A DNA stretch of 64,000 bases. It comes from Raja brachyura (taxonomy: Eukaryota). The notes beneath the pieces were generated by a model, which did not search any database, had not been told where the DNA came from, and saw nothing but the letters and a program-made list of their open reading frames with translations. Each line of letters opens with the position of its first letter. Position 1 is the stretch's first letter. Of this stretch, positions 1-13,013 are shown piece by piece. The position numbers and the translations under genes were made by a program. The stretch covers positions 125,550,001 through 125,614,000 of the forward strand of contig OY740781.1 of the NCBI GenBank assembly GCA_963514005.1. The letters are read 5' to 3'.

Positions 1-1731
1 AACGGTAAATGTAAAATGTACAATATTAGTTTTTCAAGCAGGTTAGAATTGGGCAGGTTCAGTATAAGGACCAAGATTGTCTTGCAACACTGGTTCAGAA
101 ATCGGGCCACAGTTGCTGATTAAGGTAGTTACCAAGTAGCTCAAACTTCATCTCGAGTTTGGAGATGGAACAGACTTGCAAAAAAACATTAAAATTCTGT
201 TATTAGTATCAACTATCTATAGACTCTATGGGCATTGTATGGGTTATAGAATGATTGGACAAATAAGCATATTGTCATGTTCAGGTTGATGCATTGTGAT
301 GATGGCATATGTTAGTCACGAGGGTACAATCAGTTAAAGACCGCTGGAATGGTTACAGTTTAACAAACTGCCCTAAGATTTGGGTTGTTGCATCTATCCT
401 TCTATGTGTTCAAAGTGTTCGCATAGCACCAAACCGCTGAATTTTCTTTTCCAGGAGATGAAAGAGTTTGTTATGCTTATGTTCCATGGAAAATGGTATT
501 GATTGCTAATGTTTCGAGTTCATGCTAAATGATCGTCTGTTAATTATGGAGTTATGTGGCCATTAATTGGGTCAATGAGCTTCCTCATTGAGTTGGCTGC
601 AGCAAACAAGACTCGCTCTGTCGGGTCCACACCAGTTATCAAGGGGTAGGATATCTTCAAGGACCAGTATAATGCCATATGCGATGTTGACATTTGTGAA
701 CCCTATTTCACCAGGAGGCTGCAGCTATATCCTTAAATTTGGCTGGAGTTTATTAGGTAGTTATCCTTCTGGCACTGGTTTAGTGCAGCAGGTTCAGTCG
801 CTAAATAATTGTGATGGTACAGGATGATAATGTCTGTAAATTATAATATATTATAAATACTTGAGCAGACCAGAAGGGGGTCTCAAAATAGCCACAGGCA
901 TACCAGGGGACCATTGATAAGGTAAGCAACAATATGTCAAGAGCCTTGGAGTTCTGGACTCCAAAGAATTTCACAAAGAATTTGGGAGAACTTATTTTTC
1001 AGGCCATTCCAAATGAGAAAAAGGGAGTTGTGTTATGTACTAATGGATTCTGTTTCCAGATCTCATTCCACCAGGGCTGCTACAACATCAGCAGCAAGGG
1101 TATTTATGTTCCGCTGGGTCGCATTGTTACGGCTGGAGCATGGTCCATCGAACGAATCTCCAAACATCTGTAATGACCCATTGCTGAACCCGGAGTATTT
1201 GTTGACTCTATTTATGTTCTGGTTATATTTTCCATCAGGGTGAGAGAAGGAAATATTATTGTTTCATTTAAACAGCATCAGCATGTTTTGCATCTATGTT
1301 ATGACTGTATGCATTATGAATGTTTTCCCTTCATTTGTCAATGAAGCAGCTGTGGTTGTGTTTACTCGTTTCACATGGCATGAAGTCACAGAGCTTTGAA
1401 GTCTTCACGTAGTCACTCACGTGACTCCTAAGTAAAATAGTAAGATTAAACGAGAACTGACCAGTTTGAAGTTTGATCTTTATTTTATGAGGAGCGGAGT
1501 TGAGGGACTACATGCCCTCCGCTCCCAGCCCTCATAGATTTCATCTGGTAGTTCTAGGCTTTGTTATCTTACCATTATACTTCAGTCACTATTAGCTGTG
1601 GTTTCACACCGTTGCTTTGAAGATTGACGCACAAACGGCTGTAGGGGTTCTTCACGTAGCCCCTCAACTCGACTCCTCATAAAATAAAGATCAAACTTCA
1701 AACTGGTAAGTTCTCGTTTAATCTTACTATT
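1..1731 (+). mobile_element. Decayed DIRS-type element, 3' portion (5' end not found in window)
   Basis: YR remnant SHSTRAATTSAA (~1062-1097) and RNaseH-like remnant (~285-335). ICR at 1402-1513; 1436-1513 is inverted-complementary to 1653-1731; ends ...CTTACTATT. Termini nearly match the 20381-25161 element. Confidence 0.85.
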
Positions 1732-1984
1732 ATATCTAGTATTGTGCAAGAAGCTTTGAGTGCCCATACTGAGACTGCAAAGAGAGGTGAGAGACAAACT
1801 CCATGTTAACTTGATTGCTTCTAATACAAAAATACAAATGAATAATGCCTTTGCATTGTGTGGGCAGGAGGTGCTCCATTCTAATCTATTAGCATAATTG
1901 TTTTTTTAATGTACAGATACAGTAGGGTGAAAATGAATACACTAAGGCACAAAATTGAGGTCAGCACAGTGGCACAGCTGGTAG

Positions 1985-3749
1985 CAGGGCCTCTGAGGGG
2001 AATTTTATCAGTGGGTAAAAAGTTTATTTCGGGCCCCCTTCCCTTCTCCATTAGTCATCATGTTTTTATGCCATGAGCTGTAGCCTGCAAGGCCAAAAAG
2101 GGTATGGCAGATGAGAGAGGGGTGGAATGGAGTGATCCGTTGATTTTCTGCATTTGAGGCCTAATGCTCCTATACTCCCTCCATGATAAATATAACTATA
2201 ATAAAAGGATCAGAGAGAAGAAAGTACATTTGTTTTGAACATCTTTGTTTATGCTACAATACAGATAAGGAGAAATAATTCACTTTTATATTTCAATGCA
2301 GGTCAGATCATCAGAAGATATTATTAGTAAAAGAATGTAGATAGGCTTAGTATTTACTTTAAATAAAGAGCTTTGGCCTTTTTTCTGAAAAAAAATTGAA
2401 TCTCACCTTAAATTTATTATTCTGGTAATATTTGATTCAATACTTAGCCTGGCCAAATCCACAAGACATTCCTGAGACATTGTAGACCTTAAATAATTCT
2501 TAATCAGCTTGAGTTTGCTAAATTACCTATTTGCAGAAGCTACTGTTGTGGGAGTTGTTAATAGTATCCTTAAGCTAACACAAACATTTGGAAGCAGGTC
2601 ACCTAGTCTGTACTCTGTTAACAAGTTCAACAGATCTAATGGCTTTAGCTGTGCATTTACAACATTTGTTTTATATACTGAGGGTAAATGTTGCATTTCC
2701 TTTCCAAAATCATCACCGTTAAGGTCAGCAGGATATTGCTCTGATAAAGATAAAGCTTTTCTCTCCACATCACTTTCAGACACGGTGAGCTATTTCCACA
2801 AATCAAAATTTTCTGCCAACTGCTTAACATCATTGTAGCAGGCAGTTAATCTTGCTATAACGTTGTCCGCCAAAATGTAAAATGCACACTTTCTGAAGTA
2901 GGCCTCTTCTGGCATATCATCTGTGTCATTCAATTCCTCTAAGTTAGCATCAGGTGTGCTGTCATCATGCAGCCTTGCCCTCTTGCGCCGAACTCCACTA
3001 CATCTAAGGGAGAGTTTTATTTCTATCTTTGGGTTTGACGCAACCGATTTAGCTTCATTCCACATGGACACTCGCCCACTCGCCCACTCGACACTTCTCG
3101 CCCGCAGGTCTGGAGCTGGACCGCAGCTCCACCTGTCCGACCACCACAAGGCCGAGATGGCCACCACGGGAAGCAGCAACAACATCTACCCCTCTCTGAC
3201 CCTCACCGCCTTCCCGGCGAAACCCAGGCCCGGACCCCCGGCTGCCAACTCTCACCACCTCCCCAGGCGGGGCCACCCGATTTCATTGTCGCTGACCTTC
3301 ACTGTCTTCAGAAAACCACCAACGCTGCTGCCCATATCTCTACTCCAGCCCCCACATGGGCCTCCACCAACGACTCTGCCGACTCTTGCCTCTCCACCGG
3401 CCACCGGCTCCATGATGCAGACAGCATGTAGGCTGACTCTGCTGGGTCCTAGTGCTCCCCCCCCCCCCCCCCACAGGAAAGACTCATCAGTAGTGATGGG
3501 TCTTCCCCTTCCCCATCTTTTAATTAGGTTACCCCGACACACACCCACTGGTTAAATTCCCCGCTTTGTTATGGATCATAATTTCTATGAATTACAATAT
3601 ATAAAACAATGTAGGCTCACACAAAATGTGAATGCTAGTCCTCACAAAATATATGCAAACCTTTTCTGATATTTCAGGAAACTCCCGGCCTCCCTCCTTT
3701 TGAGCCCCAAGTACGATATACCCCCTGCACCCCCCTCTCATAGGCCCTG
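1985..3749 (-). mobile_element. Internally deleted hAT DNA transposon inserted in a SINE head
   Basis: TIRs CAGGGCCT(C/A)TGAG; exact 8-bp TSD GCTGGTAG (1977-1984 and 3750-3757); flanks rejoin into a SINE head (GGCACAGCTGGTAGAGTTGCTG). Confidence 0.9.
2420..3065 (-). pseudogene. hAT transposase C-terminal fragment (dimerisation domain)
   Basis: LPNVCVSLRILLTTPTTVASANR followed by frameshifted KLKLIKNYLRSTMSQ; upstream EEAYFRKCAFYILADNVI. Confidence 0.8.
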
Positions 3750-4404
3750 GCTGGTAGAGTTGCTGGCTCGCATCGCTTGCTAGACCTGCATTATTGACGA
3801 ATTGTCAGTGTCACGGCAGCCAACAAGAAGAATTTGTCCTCAGTCATGTTGCTGTGTTATCTGCATCACCTTCTCTAGCAGTGCATTCTAGGTTTTGTTC
3901 TCTGTATGAAATGTCATTCAATTAATTCAATTAACAAGCTAATTTCAGAAATGAAGCAAAACTTACACAGAAGTGTACTAACCTGCATGTGTGGAGCATG
4001 CACCTAAAGTGGTTCCACTATCCAGGAACAGGACAATTTTCCTCTCCACTCTGTTGAGGGTCAGGACTTTCTGCTTCCTGGCAGATTCTGGCTCAAATGT
4101 GGATATGAAGCAAATTGTAATTTTAAGGCCCGGCAACTGATAAGCTATTTCCCTATGCTGCCTAAATTGGACAGCTGTCTCTATTTAGTCATTGATTAGT
4201 GGTGTTGATTCATAGTTGTTGCTTACTGCTAATTGCCTTACTTTGAGTGGTTGGCACAGCTATTTTGGAAGACATGTGAACTGACAATCACAAGGCTGTG
4301 GGGCGGGAGTTACTTGTAGGCCAGACTGGATAAGAGTGGCAGATTTCTACCCCCAGTGGCATGAAAGAAGCAGATAGATTTTTACAACAAAACAATATTT
4401 TCTT

Positions 4405-5960
4405 GGCACCATGTTATGAGGTTCTCAATCTCCTTCCTATACTCCGTCTCATCGTTATTTGATATACGACCCGGTAGTTTGAGTTGAATTGGTATATGGC
4501 TGCAGAGTCATGAGCATATAAGGGTTACAGTGGGGGGCTGAGAATGCAACCTTGCAGGGCACCAGTGTTGAGGATTATCATAGAGGATTATTTGCCACCT
4601 ATCCTCACTGATTGTGGCCTGTTGGTCAGGAAGTCAAGCATCACGTGCAGAGGGGTATGCTGTCTCCAATTTCCACGAGTTTGGTGATGAGCTTGGCTGG
4701 GATAATGGAACTAGAAGCAGTGCTGTAATCTATGAACTGGAGTCTGACAAGAGTGTCTTTCTTATTCAAGTGTTCCAGGGATGAGTGCAAGGACAGGGTG
4801 ATGTCATCAGCCATGGACCTGCTATGGTGGCAGGCAAACTGCAGTGGGTGTTGGCTGCTTGGTGGACTGAATTATATGTGTGCCATAACCAGCCTCTCAA
4901 AGCGCTTCATGATGGCAGATGGCAAGGCCATTGGGCAATAGTCATTAAGGCATGAGTCTTGGTTTTCTTTGGCACTGGGATGATAGTGGTCTTCTTGAAG
5001 CAGGTGTGTACCTCTGAATAGAGTAGGGAGAGATTACAGACATCACTGATTAAATAGATTGGGTAAATGGGCAATTTTGTTTACCAAGAGTAGAGGTATC
5101 AAGAAACAGAGTACATACTGTAGGTTTAAGTTGAAGGGAGAATGATTTAATAAGCACCTGAGGGGCAACACTTTTACACAAAGGGTAATAGATTTTTAGA
5201 ACTAGCTGCCAGAGGAGGTAGTTTAGGCAGGTACTATCACAACGTTTAAGAAACATTTGAACAAGTAGAGTCAAGAGTGTGTTATTGTCATATGTCCCCG
5301 ACAGAACAATGAAATTCTTACTTGTTGCAACACGACAGAATATGCAAACACAGTTTGATATGACAAGTGAGAGAGAAAAGAATTGCTCATATTCACAAGG
5401 TACCCGTGTGTGTGTGTATATATAACAGTGGAACAATAATAATAATAATAGTCTATTGTAGTTCAGAGCCTATATGAGGTTGTAGTGTTTAATAGCCTGA
5501 TGGTTGGAGGGAAGAAGCTGTTCCTGAACCCGGAAGTTACAGTTTTCAGGCTCGTGTACCTTCTTCCCAATGGCAGTGGTGAAATGAATGTGAGGCCAGG
5601 ATGGTGTGGGTTTCTGATGATATTGGTTACCTTTTTGAGGTAGCGACTCCGATAAAACCCTTCGATGGTGGGGAGGTCAGAGCTGGTGATGGACTGGCCA
5701 GTGTTCACAACTTAGTGCAGTCTTTTCCGCTCCCGGACGTTAGGATAGGTTTTGACGGATATGGGCCAAATGCAGGCAGCTGGGACTAGTGTGGATGGGC
5801 AAGTTCCGCCAAATGGCCTGTTTTCAATGACTATCAATGTCCATGAACATTCCCGCTAGTTGATCCAGTCAGTTCCTAAGGATGCGGCCAGGGACACCAT
5901 TGGGCCAGATGCTTTCCCTGGGTTCACCCTCAGGGAGGCTGATCTAAGTTTTGCAACAGT
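4405..5960 (-). mobile_element. Rex1/Babar-like LINE RT remnant, interrupted by CR1 and Rex 3' pieces
   Basis: Minus strand reads LNTGALQGCILSP..YAHD and RISNNDETEYRKEIENL (4420-4580), and VNPGKASGPNGVPGRIL (5880-5930). Confidence 0.7.
5266..5740 (-). mobile_element. Rex1/Babar-like LINE 3' end and 3'UTR inserted in a CR1 3' fragment
   Basis: ORF 5463-5708 IIRNPHHPG...RRY...FRNSFFPPTIRLLN; CR1 tail sequence on both sides (5050-5265, 5741-5835). Confidence 0.75.
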
Positions 5961-5974
5961 GACCCTGGGAAACG

Positions 5975-6145
5975 GAATGACTTGGGGAACCTGAACAGAA
6001 ACCTCTGGAGACTTTGCGCCCCACCCAAGGTTTCAGTGTAGTTCCCGGAGGTTTTTGTCAGTCTCCCTAATGGTTGAAAATGGTTTCCGCTTCTATGTTC
6101 AGGCGATTATTTCAGAAAATTGAAAAAACCTCCGGGAACCTCAAG
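5975..6145. mobile_element. MITE-like fragment
   Basis: Internal inverted repeat GTTCCCGGAGGTTTTT / AAAAACCTCCGGGAAC; no intact termini. Confidence 0.4.
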
Positions 6146-7789
6146 TCTGATGGGATCTCTCTCACTACTCGCCTTCTGTGATTCCTGTTGCCCTCCTGCT
6201 CTTAAACATGGTCTGAAGAAGAATCCCGACCATCTGTCCATTCCCTCCACAGATGTTGCCTGACCCGTTGAGCTCCATAGTTTTTTTTTTTTTTGCCTGG
6301 TATTATTAATGTCATTTTTAAATGACATTTAAAGATTTCATTTTTCTACATTCTATTTCATTTTGACTCTTCTTGAAATGGTTCACATTGGCAAGGATTC
6401 TGTTCGCTGACACGTTCTGTCTGACTAAAAATCAGTTTGTTTGCTAATATGGGAGGGGAGTATATTGGGAAGTGAGCCTCAGTTGAATAGGTTTCATGTG
6501 TTTTGTACTGTGTTTTCACATTGTACCCATTGAATAATCAAGAGTGATTTTCATCTTCAGCTGAGCAGTTTGTTTGTGCTCGTATCTACCTGCTTTTGGT
6601 CCCACTGATTTGGAAATTAAATTGGGCCACTTTGACAATAGGTAGAAAACCCGTCCCATCAAATTACTTCCTTGGAGGTGAAGGTGAAAATTAACTCGAT
6701 TGTTTCTTGTATTGGCTTTCATTTCTTTAATTCATTCCTTAATGTATTTAATCTGAGCATCATAAACTACAGGGGCTCTCGGGTTATGAGTGAGCTGATT
6801 TATGGAACTTGAACTTCCTGCAAAATCTGCCATATATTTCTTAAGCATTCTCAAGATAATAATAATAATGTATTAATGACTAGGTACAGTATGTTCCATT
6901 CATTTAATCATCGATGATATTAGGAAAAGTATTCAATGAAATGAAAGAATTATAATAAATGTATGTGGAGTAATATAATGCAGTTACAATAAAAAAACAA
7001 ACATTTCAGAAATTGGTTTCTGGAATGTTCTCAGGAACATAACAGGATTGCCTGTACCTAATAATACAGTGAGTAATTTTATTACACACTAATTGACATT
7101 CTTACATATCATTCTAAAGAATTTATCACATTGCCCCCTCTGAATTCTACTGCTATTTGTGGTCCACATGAGTGTCCAGCCAATTATTTTCATACTGTTG
7201 AGACATTCTATTCTACTTTCTCTGTCATGTTCATCTAGATTATTTTTCAATGCATTTCGCTATTTGTCTCAAATCACCAATTGGCCTTGTTGGCAGCAGT
7301 ACATTTTCTTTCCCAGTCCACCCTTTCAAACACAACAAAATCTGGATATCCATGAACCTTCTCTTGCACAGTATAAAGTATTCTGCTCCAAGTGGCTAAA
7401 TGTTAGTTTAGTTTTAGTTTAGTTTATTGTCATGTGTTCCAAGGTACAGTGAAAAGCTTTTTTATAAATGCGTGCTAACCAGTCTGCAGAAAGAAAACAC
7501 AAGATAACAATCGATCCATATAGTCCTATCTATATTGCCCACTGTTTATGGATGACACAGATTGGATAGTCTATGGAACGGCTGTATAACCCTTAAATAT
7601 AGAAAGGGGGTTATTTAAATATCCGAAGTTCAAATAGGAATCGCAAAGTATCACTACTAATAAATAAAGTATAAATAAAAGTAGAATTTTATTAAATAGA
7701 ATTAAATAAATAAACACTACAACTAAATTAAGGGGACAAGCATAACCAAAGAAATAGTAGGGCCAATTGGTAACCAAATGGGCAATCCG

Positions 7790-9360
7790 TGCAGGGAGCC
7801 AGGGGACCTGGGTGAGGTGTTAACTGAATATTTCTCATATGTAATGACCAGGGAAAGGGATAGTGTAGTTAGAGATTTTGAAGGGAGGTGGGGAGCATGG
7901 TGAAATTCTAGAATGTATTATTATTAGAAAGAGAGTATTAGATGTTTTGGTGGAAAGGGGGGATAAAATCCCCAGGCCTGATGAGATGTGTCCCATGCAA
8001 GGAGGGAAATTACTCGGCTCCTGAAAGATTTTTAAAGATCTGCTGGCAATAGGCAGTATGTTAGAAGACTGGAGGACAACACACATGGTAACTTTATTGA
8101 AGAACAGGAGCTGGTATAAGCTAGGCAATTACATATCTGAAAGACCAAGGCCTGTGGCAGGAAAGTTATCAGAAAAAATCCTCAGACAGGACACATGAAA
8201 AGATGGGGATTTATTAAAGATAGTCAATGCATTTTTTATTGATGCATGTGCCTGCCTCAACATTTTGATCAATTATTTTTTGAAAAGGTAACAAATTATA
8301 TTGATTTGGGTGGTGCCGTTAATGTAATCTTCATGGATTTCAGTGAGGCCTTTGATAAGGTCCCATTTAGGAGGTTGGTTGGTTGAAAAGGTCAAGGGGC
8401 CAAGCACAAGGGGTCCAAGGCAAAGTGGAAAACTTTATCCAACATTTCTTTGGTTTTATGAGTTAGTGGATGATGGCAGAGGGGTTAATATAATTATTAG
8501 ATGCTTATAAACAGTCATTCATGCTTTGGATTTGAATGCAGAAGGTATGATGAATAAGATTGCAGATGAAATGAAAATCAGTAGTATAGTTGGTTGTGAG
8601 AAAGATAGTCATAGGTGACAATGGTGATAATATCATATTGATATGTTGGTATCATGGACAGACCAATGACAGATAACTGATGCGTTTTAAAAAGACTAAT
8701 AATTGTGAAGCATACATAATGAATGAAACTTAGGAGGTATTCAGGATGAAAGGGACCTAGATGTATATTCAAGGATCCCTGAAGAAAGCAACACGTAGAG
8801 AAGGTGGTTAAGAAGGCATATGGGATACTTGCCTTCGTTAGGTGAAGCACAGAATATAAGAACAAGGAGGTGGTGATGGTATAATTTATAAAACATTGCT
8901 TTGCCCACAGCTGGACTACGGTATTCAGTTCTGTTAGCCACACTATAGGAAATATGTGATTGCAGAATACTTGCACCAGTGTGTGCCTAGAATGTTGTGT
9001 TTCAGTTAAGAAGAAAAATTGGATAGATAGGATTTGTTTACCTTGGAGCAGAAGAGAGGGCGGGGCGGGGGGGGGGGGGTGCTGATGTATAGAAAGTTGT
9101 GAGGCGCATAAATTGGTAAGGTGGTAAGGAGAGTGGTTGGAAATTGGAACGGAGTAACTGAATGGGTGCTCGAGGAAGGGACACTCATGATAGATAATAT
9201 GTATGTAGACAAGTAGTGGAATCGCCAAGTTGTAGCAGGCTACAGATCAAGTGTTGGAAAAGGGATTAATTTAGATCGGTTCTTGATAGTCGGCATGAAC
9301 CTAGTGGGGCATAAACATTGTGAGTTGAAGAGCCTGTTCCCGTGCTTGACTTTTCTAATT
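7790..9360 (+). mobile_element. Old degenerate CR1-like LINE (RT region to 3' end)
   Basis: Remnants of DKSPGPD, EDWR..VT, MDFSEAFDKVP and KKAYGILAF...EYKNKEV, plus a CR1 3' end; many stops. Confidence 0.7.
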
Positions 9361-10895
9361 CCGTGTGGTAGCTGTGTGACAGTGGTAGAGGTTCAACTCC
9401 TCTCTTTGATTTGAGTTCTATGATTCCCTTTCTGCACCCCCACTGTGGTCTCAGTCCTGATGAAGGATCTCCACCTGATACTTTGAATAACCCTTTGACT
9501 CCACACATCTTGCTTGACTGGTTCAGTTCCTCCAATAGTTTTATGAACAAGAATGATAGTGTTTGGCAGCAAAGAATTTGCACCTAAGAAGCAATTCATT
9601 TTATGCACTTATTGATACAATGAGCCATTTTAAGGAAAAAGTTATTCACTGGTTTTCCGAACTTGTCAAGAACTGTTGATAAATTTGGTCATCTTAATTA
9701 CCTACTCCATGCTATTGCCTTTTGTAATTCAAAAGAATTTGTCATTAAGGAAAATAGTCAATAAGCCAGTTCACAGAAAATTTATCACAATCTAACATTA
9801 AGTGTTTTCTGAAAGATATTTTGACAACAGTTTTATTATTATGTCTTCATTCTTCCTGTGTAATTGCCTTTTGTAAATTGCTTTGTTTCAGCTATCACAA
9901 ACCTCAACCCTTGTTACATATCTGGTGTTGCCAGGGTAGAAATGTCAAAGACTGGACAGAGGGTGATGGATGCTTACAATGTACCGCCAGGGATGGTGGG
10001 GGAGGCAGATAAGATTGTGGTGTTTAAGAGGCTTTTCAGATGGGCACATTGATAAGCAGGGAATGTATGGATATGGATCATATGCAGGCGGAAGAGATTA
10101 GTTTATCTTGACAACATATTTGGTACCTATATTGTGGGCCGAAGGGCCTGGTCCCGTGCTTTACGTCTCAATGTTCTATATTCTATGACACAAATGATTA
10201 CACCCTCAATGGTCAGTTACTCTTCACTGGTGGGCTTCCTCTATGATTGGAAAATGGAGCTGCACCTGATCCCAGCAAATGTTTGGGGAAGGACATGATG
10301 GATGATTGGAGGTGAGGGGAGGTATGAGAGAATGCGGAAAATTGAGGGAGGCCAGCACTATTGGTTAGGTGAGGAGATTGCAAGTAAAAATATCAATATA
10401 CATTTAAGAGCTATATGTATCTGTGAAAGAATGATTTACTGTTGAGTCTATTTCTGCTGTGTGCATTTGTTTGCATCTAAGAGAATGGGATATCATATAG
10501 CTTGGGATTGTGACAGTGGGTAACGATCCAGTGTGGTCGGAGCAGAGAGCTGTGCTAACTGAATAGGAGCCTCACATTGGCCTCAGAGCTCAAAATTGCG
10601 TATGGTAAAATTGGACATCAAAGTGGGAAAGCTGAATGACAGGTATTCGACACTTGAATTTGAGAAGAGGGATAAAGTTTCATTAGTTCATTCTAAGACA
10701 TATGAGAGTTATTATAAGAGTCAGAAAGTCTTGATGCAGCTTTATAAAACTTTGCTTGGATCACATTCTGATTTTTTTTTAAATGCACTTTTGGTTGCCC
10801 CATTATTGGAAGAATATGAAGGCTATGGAGAAGGCACAGGGGAGGTTCACCATGATGCTGCCTAAATTAGAATAATTAGAAGGTATTAGATATAC

Positions 10896-10987
10896 CTGAA
10901 GAAGGGTGTTGACCCAAAACGTCGCCTATCTCCTTCGCTCCTTAGATGCTGCTGCACCCGCTAAGTTTCTCCAGCCTTTTGTGTACC
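10896..10987 (+). repeat. Penelope terminal module with hammerhead-like core, inside a CR1 fragment
   Basis: CTGAAGAAGGGTGTTGACCCAAAACGTC followed by the AGATGCTGC...CCGCTAAGTTTCTCCAGC module. Confidence 0.7.
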
Positions 10988-12419
10988 ATTAGATATAAAC
11001 TATACCTTGGATATAAAGATAGTTTGAACAAACTTGAATTGTTTTGTAAGGAACACCGGAAGTTGTAGAGAGACCTGATACAAGTGTATAAAATTATGAG
11101 AGGCATAGTATAGACGGTCAGAACTTTTATCCCAGGGTGAAAATGACTGAAGGCCACAGGCCTTTAAAAGGTTTTTTAGATAGGCCACAAATATGCAGGG
11201 AATGGAGGGATATGGATCACATTACAGGGAGAGGAAATTAATTTATATTGGCATCATATTCAGCATGCACATTGTGGGCTGAAAAGCCTGTTCCTGTGCT
11301 GTACTGTTCTTTGTTCTATTAATTAAGGTAGTAATGGGACATTCACATATTACTATTGTGGTAGTCACTCCTTTGCAGTCCAGGATATGCATCAGAAATA
11401 CCTTAACCACTTTCCATTGAGGCAGAACAAAATGGCATTGGACAAATGTGCATGAGCAGGCCTCAGTTATGAAAGAGATAGACTGTTCATTTGACCATGG
11501 AAACATAACAAATGAACAGATGGCAAACGTTACCTCTTGTGGTGAGGAGTTAGTTAAGCATGGGTTAGATTGAGTGATTATGTATATGAGAGAAACCAGC
11601 TATCGGAAAATATCCTGAAACCATTCATGCTTTGGATTGCACCGACCCAACTGAGCATCACTAATCAGGTGGGCTGGAAAGGTGGTAATTTGTAGCTGGC
11701 AAATAACTAGTCAGACTGTTCTCCAAAGAATCCCGAGATGGCAAAGAAAGTATAACAGGGATGAGAGTACATCAAAGATATGTTGCTCTCTCAACAAAGG
11801 CACATGTGTTAACTGAGATACAGGAACTAAAGCATCAGTCAATTTCCAATGGAATTTGACATCAGTCCATCTGAGAATAAATGTCAAGCTTTGGTGAAAT
11901 GGCAAGCTCAACAGCTAATGACAAGACGTGCTTTGGACGAGATAAGATGGATGTTGGATCAATGCACATGATGATTGCAAGCTGAGGAGATTGCAAAAGG
12001 ATCAAGCAATAAAGAACTGCATGGCAGAGTACTAAAGCATGATATTGCTAGGAATGGGACTGTTATGCAAGTTGTAATACAGGGCCTCGCTGCTTTATGA
12101 AAAACTGTACTTATGGAAATCGAACTTTGCTCCCATTCTCCTCCATATTTTTAAAGTATTTTACCATTCAGCAATAAAAAGAAGATATTTCATGGTATGC
12201 ATTAATGATTGGACACAATATATATTCCATTTGTTTAATTATGGTAGTCTTACGGTGATTATTCAATGCAGTGTTAGTATTAGAGCATGTGGATGTAGAG
12301 TGATGCAATATGGATAGCTGAAGAAAATTGTTGTGTCTGATCTTTGGGTATAAATTGGCTTGTGGACAGCTCTCAGGAACAGAGAACCCTAATGTAACTC
12401 AGAACTGCCAGTATCAGTA

Positions 12420-12628
12420 TAGTTGTAGAGTTGCTGTCTTACTGCGCCAGAGACCTGTGTTTGATCCTGACTATAGGTGCTGTCTGCATACCCCGGCCGT
12501 TAGAATAGGTTTTGACGGATATGGGCCAAATGCAGGCAGCTGGGACTAGTGTGGATGGGCAATGGTTTTTTTCTGGGTGCTCCAGTTTCCCCCCACATTC
12601 CAAAAATGTGCAGATTTGTAGGTTAACA
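12420..12628 (+). mobile_element. tRNA-derived V-SINE (HE1-like) with a foreign 71-bp insert
   Basis: Head GTAGAGTTGCTG...GTTTGATCCTGACT and V-domain GGTGCTCCAGTTTCC..CCACA.TCCAAA; 12492-12562 replaced by other sequence. Confidence 0.75.
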
Positions 12629-12659
12629 TTTTCAGAGGAAAGGGAGTACTACAGAGCAA

Positions 12660-13013
12660 AGGGTGTATAAAATCATGAGAGAAATTGGGTAGATGCACAG
12701 AATCTCTTGCCCAAAGTAGGGGTTTCGATGATCAAGGTGAAGGGGAAAAGATTTAATAGGAATCTGAATGGTGTCTTTGTCACATAAAGGGTGGTGGGTG
12801 TATGGAACTAGCTGCCAGAAGAGGTAGTTGAGGCCGGGACTATTCCAACGTTTAAGAAACAGTTAGACGGGTACATGGATAGGACAAGTTTGGAGGAATA
12901 TGGACAAAACACAGGCAGTTGGGACTAGTGTAGCTGGGACATGTTGGCTAGCGTGGGCAAGTTGGGCTGAGGGCCTGTTTCCACACTGTAGGATTGTATC
13001 ACTCAATGACTCT
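12660..13013 (+). mobile_element. CR1-like LINE 3' fragment
   Basis: RVVGVWN.LPEEVVEA-type C-terminus and GGGCCTGTTTCCACACTGTA tail. Confidence 0.7.

Noticed and set aside
2923-3555. 210-aa Pro-rich ORF (+)
   Set aside because: Non-ATG start, antisense to the hAT remnant, and crosses a GC-rich block and poly-C run; no domain motifs.
8578-9228. 216-aa ORF (-)
   Set aside because: Antisense read of a degenerate CR1; no coding signature.
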